From: Kiritimatiellia bacterium
Lineage (GTDB): Bacteria > Verrucomicrobiota > Kiritimatiellia > RFP12 > JBMNHG01
Assembly: GCA_050950285.1 (NCBI GenBank)
Contig: JBMNHG010000002.1
Location: 948,654-1,012,653 of the forward strand
DNA length: 64,000 nt
Direction: 5' to 3'
Shown: positions 61,752-64,000 of the stretch, in pieces
Numbering within the stretch: position 1 is the first letter of the stretch
How the letters are laid out: the number at the start of each line of letters is the position of its first letter
The notes under the pieces: generated by a model
What the model was told of the DNA's origin: nothing
Databases searched by the model: none
What the model saw: the letters and a program-made list of their open reading frames with translations, nothing else
Program-made: the position numbers and the translations under genes

Positions 61752-63203
61752 CTAAAACTGGAAGTAGATGAATACCGCCGACTGATTGTATTTCGCCAGG
61801 CAAATTAAACAAATCGCCATATAGAGCCCCCATCGGGCAACTCGTGGCAACACGTCCACGATCAACGCATGCGGCTGTCGCCGCTGAAACCATTCTGCAA
61901 CCACAAGAATCAATATCCAGGGCAAGGCTGAAAGGAAATGACGTGGCAATGTAAAAACAGACGGAGAACATATCCGCTCAAGATATCCGAAGGCATCGCT
62001 CACCGACGGCGCCCGGAAAAACACCCAACCAACAGAGACGAGCAAAAACGTCAGACACATCTGCAGAGTTTCAGTCAATGTCGGGAATTTCCGATCATGC
62101 GCGACGATATTGAGGTGTTTACGGTTACGGTTAACCAGCAAAAGCGGAAGAAACAACACCGCATTGTACACCCCCCAGGTCAGATACGTCCAGTTTGCGC
62201 CATGCCACAGGCCACTAACGCAAAACAAAACAAGGATGTTGCGCATCGTCAGCACCTTGCCTACACGGCTTCCGCCCATCGGGATATACAAGTAGTCTCT
62301 AAACCAGGTGGAGAGCGAAATATGCCAGCGCCGCCAAAATTCGGCGATATCACGCGAAAAATAGGGATAATTGAAGTTCCGCATGAGCTGTATGCCGAAT
62401 AGCCGTCCACAGCCGACGGCAATATCCGAATACCCGGAAAAATCACCGTAAATTTGGAAGGCAAACAATACCGCCCCAAGAATAAGAACCGAACCATCCT
62501 GCATTTCGTAGGTCGCAAAGATCCTGTCAACCAGTGGAGCGCAACTGTCGGCAACCACCATTTTTTTGAAAAAACCCCATAACATCTGGCGACAGCCGTC
62601 GACAGCTTGAGCATAATTGAACGTGCGCGGCACAAGAAACTGGGGCAGCAGGTTTGTCGCTCGCTCGATGGGGCCAGCAACCAATTGCGGGAAAAAACCG
62701 ACATACGCAAAAAAGGCAATTATATCGCGAGTCGGCTTGATTTGGCCTCGATAGACATCGATCGAGTAGCTGAGTGCCTGAAACGTATAGAAGCTGATTC
62801 CAACCGGCAGCATAATCTCCAAGGTTGGCGGGTGCAAGTCCAGCCCAATAAAACGGAATGCCTGCAGAAAACTCTCAATAAAAAAATTATAGTATTTGAA
62901 GAATCCAAGGATCCCGAGGTTTAAGACGACGTTTGCCACCATGACATATCTGCGGTGATTGCGAAAAACAGCCGCCCGGCACGGCGTGTCTTCCTTGTCT
63001 CCCATCAAGATGCCGCTTAGCCAGCTGCAAAAGGAGGTGAGGGCGATCAGCAATAGAAAACGCCAGTCCCACCACCCATAAAAAATGTAACTGGCAACAA
63101 CAACGAACAGATTCTGTAAACGCAGATTCCGGTTGAAAACAAACCAGTAGAGAAGGAAAACTACCGGCAAAAAACAGAGAAATGTCAGGGAGTTAAAGAG
63201 CAT
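61752..63203 (-). CDS. MBOAT O-acyltransferase (AlgI family)
   Basis: LPVGISFYTFQ, FPQLVAGPIER, DFSGYSDIA, FWRRWHISLS, SGLWHGANW. Confidence 0.95.
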   Translation of the reverse strand: MLFNSLTFLCFLPVVFLLYWFVFNRNLRLQNLFVVVASYIFYGWWDWRFLLLIALTSFCSWLSGILMGDKEDTPCRAAVFRNHRRYVMVANVVLNLGILGFFKYYNFFIESFLQAFRFIGLDLHPPTLEIMLPVGISFYTFQALSYSIDVYRGQIKPTRDIIAFFAYVGFFPQLVAGPIERATNLLPQFLVPRTFNYAQAVDGCRQMLWGFFKKMVVADSCAPLVDRIFATYEMQDGSVLILGAVLFAFQIYGDFSGYSDIAVGCGRLFGIQLMRNFNYPYFSRDIAEFWRRWHISLSTWFRDYLYIPMGGSRVGKVLTMRNILVLFCVSGLWHGANWTYLTWGVYNAVLFLPLLLVNRNRKHLNIVAHDRKFPTLTETLQMCLTFLLVSVGWVFFRAPSVSDAFGYLERICSPSVFTLPRHFLSALPWILILVVAEWFQRRQPHALIVDVLPRVARWGLYMAICLICLAKYNQSAVFIYFQF

Positions 63204-63546
63204 GGGTCAAGTATTCCGATTAACATGGCGAATCCAACGGGAAAAGCAATTCTTTGGCGAAAAACACGATCATTCCATCGGGCGATACCGGAACCACTCC
63301 GACATTCCACCGATGGAGGCAAGCGTGCATGGTTTAGGGATGGCGTCAACCCCGCTCTGTGTAAAAAGTGCTGATCCCGGAGCCGTCTGCCTGTAGCCTA
63401 ACATGCATTATAAACGATGCCAAGGCGTGTAACCGCACAACCCCGAGGCCGGAAGTGGTAATGTACACCACACTACGGCAGATCGTCCAATGAATTCCGT
63501 TGCCCCCGCAGGGGCCTCGCAGGCGGAGGTGTGGTTCAAAATAGCT

Positions 63547-63684
63547 GGGGCTCTTGCAAAACCCGGCCGGACGACACGGAGGTCGTTCCTCCATCCATCC
63601 GGCCCGCCGGGGACGGCGGTCCCCAGGGGCGGGTCTGGAGGGTCGGGCTCTGTCCCGACCGGCAAGGGGTTTTGCAAGTGCCTT
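63547..63684. mobile_element. MITE family 2 with internal REP-like hairpins
   Basis: TIRs GGCTCTTGCAAAACCC (63549-63564) / GGGTTTTGCAAGTGCC (63667-63682); internal palindromes GGACGACACGGAGGTCGTTCC, GGGGACGGCGGTCCCC, GGTCGGGCTCTGTCCCGACC. Confidence 0.75.
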
Positions 63685-64000
63685 GGCGGATAGGTAGCGG
63701 CAATCTGGCGGAGTGTTTCGTCCGGCTGAAAAAAGCGCGTGATGTTGTTGGTACTGGATATGCAGCCGACTCGACCTGCCACAACCTGTAGGATGCCCGT
63801 TCCTGGTCGACTATCGGGCCAGCATGGCCGAATTGGACCGCCGATTTGCGACACAGGAAGCCTGCCTGGCTTATTGGTTGACTCCCGGTGTGTTGACTCC
63901 CGGTGGAGCAATCCACTATCATCAGGATGCGATGAAAAACAAGCCTTTGCCTCCAGGCGATTACGCCGCCTTTGTGCATGTTTCGGATGGTGCGGATCGC

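Noticed and set aside
63204..64000. Short ORFs at the right end
   Set aside because: No motifs, they overlap the MITE, and their frames conflict; a 14-bp direct repeat (GTTGACTCCCGGTG x2) alone is uninformative.

Overview
High-GC bacterial chromosomal region. The gene style (large secreted beta-helix proteins, Verrucomicrobia-type FFRL tail, LptE/BamD) suggests the PVC superphylum, probably Kiritimatiellia/Lentisphaerae; this is inference. Left end: two exported-protein genes (one with a catalytically dead transglutaminase-like domain) behind a leader terminator, then a phage-like gene string cut by an IS4-family element with perfect 18-bp inverted repeats. 7-27 kb: polysaccharide-degradation region (GH16, GH5, a large unknown GH-like protein) with three large secreted beta-helix proteins that all end in the same short tail, [G/A]T-hydrophobic(4)-R-stop. 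28-60 kb: an exported four-gene cluster (small peptide, LolA-like, YidD-like with signal peptide, TPR-membrane protein), ispG, MBOAT, GH28-like, SGNH, GH4, serA, bamD-like, lptE, MATE, GtrA, prmA, a multiply frameshifted giant surface protein, an OM barrel, a CPBP protease, three glycosyltransferases, pcm, citrate synthase, gmd-rmd and a Lys/Orn/Arg decarboxylase. Right end: an AT-richer MBOAT cassette between two MITE-like elements. Non-coding highlights: a 150-bp MITE in three copies (one with its internal 66-bp double-hairpin unit amplified 9x), a second MITE family, and a dispersed CGGCGCGCCG palindrome. No rRNA, tRNA or CRISPR array was seen. Clustered frameshifts may be long-read indel errors.
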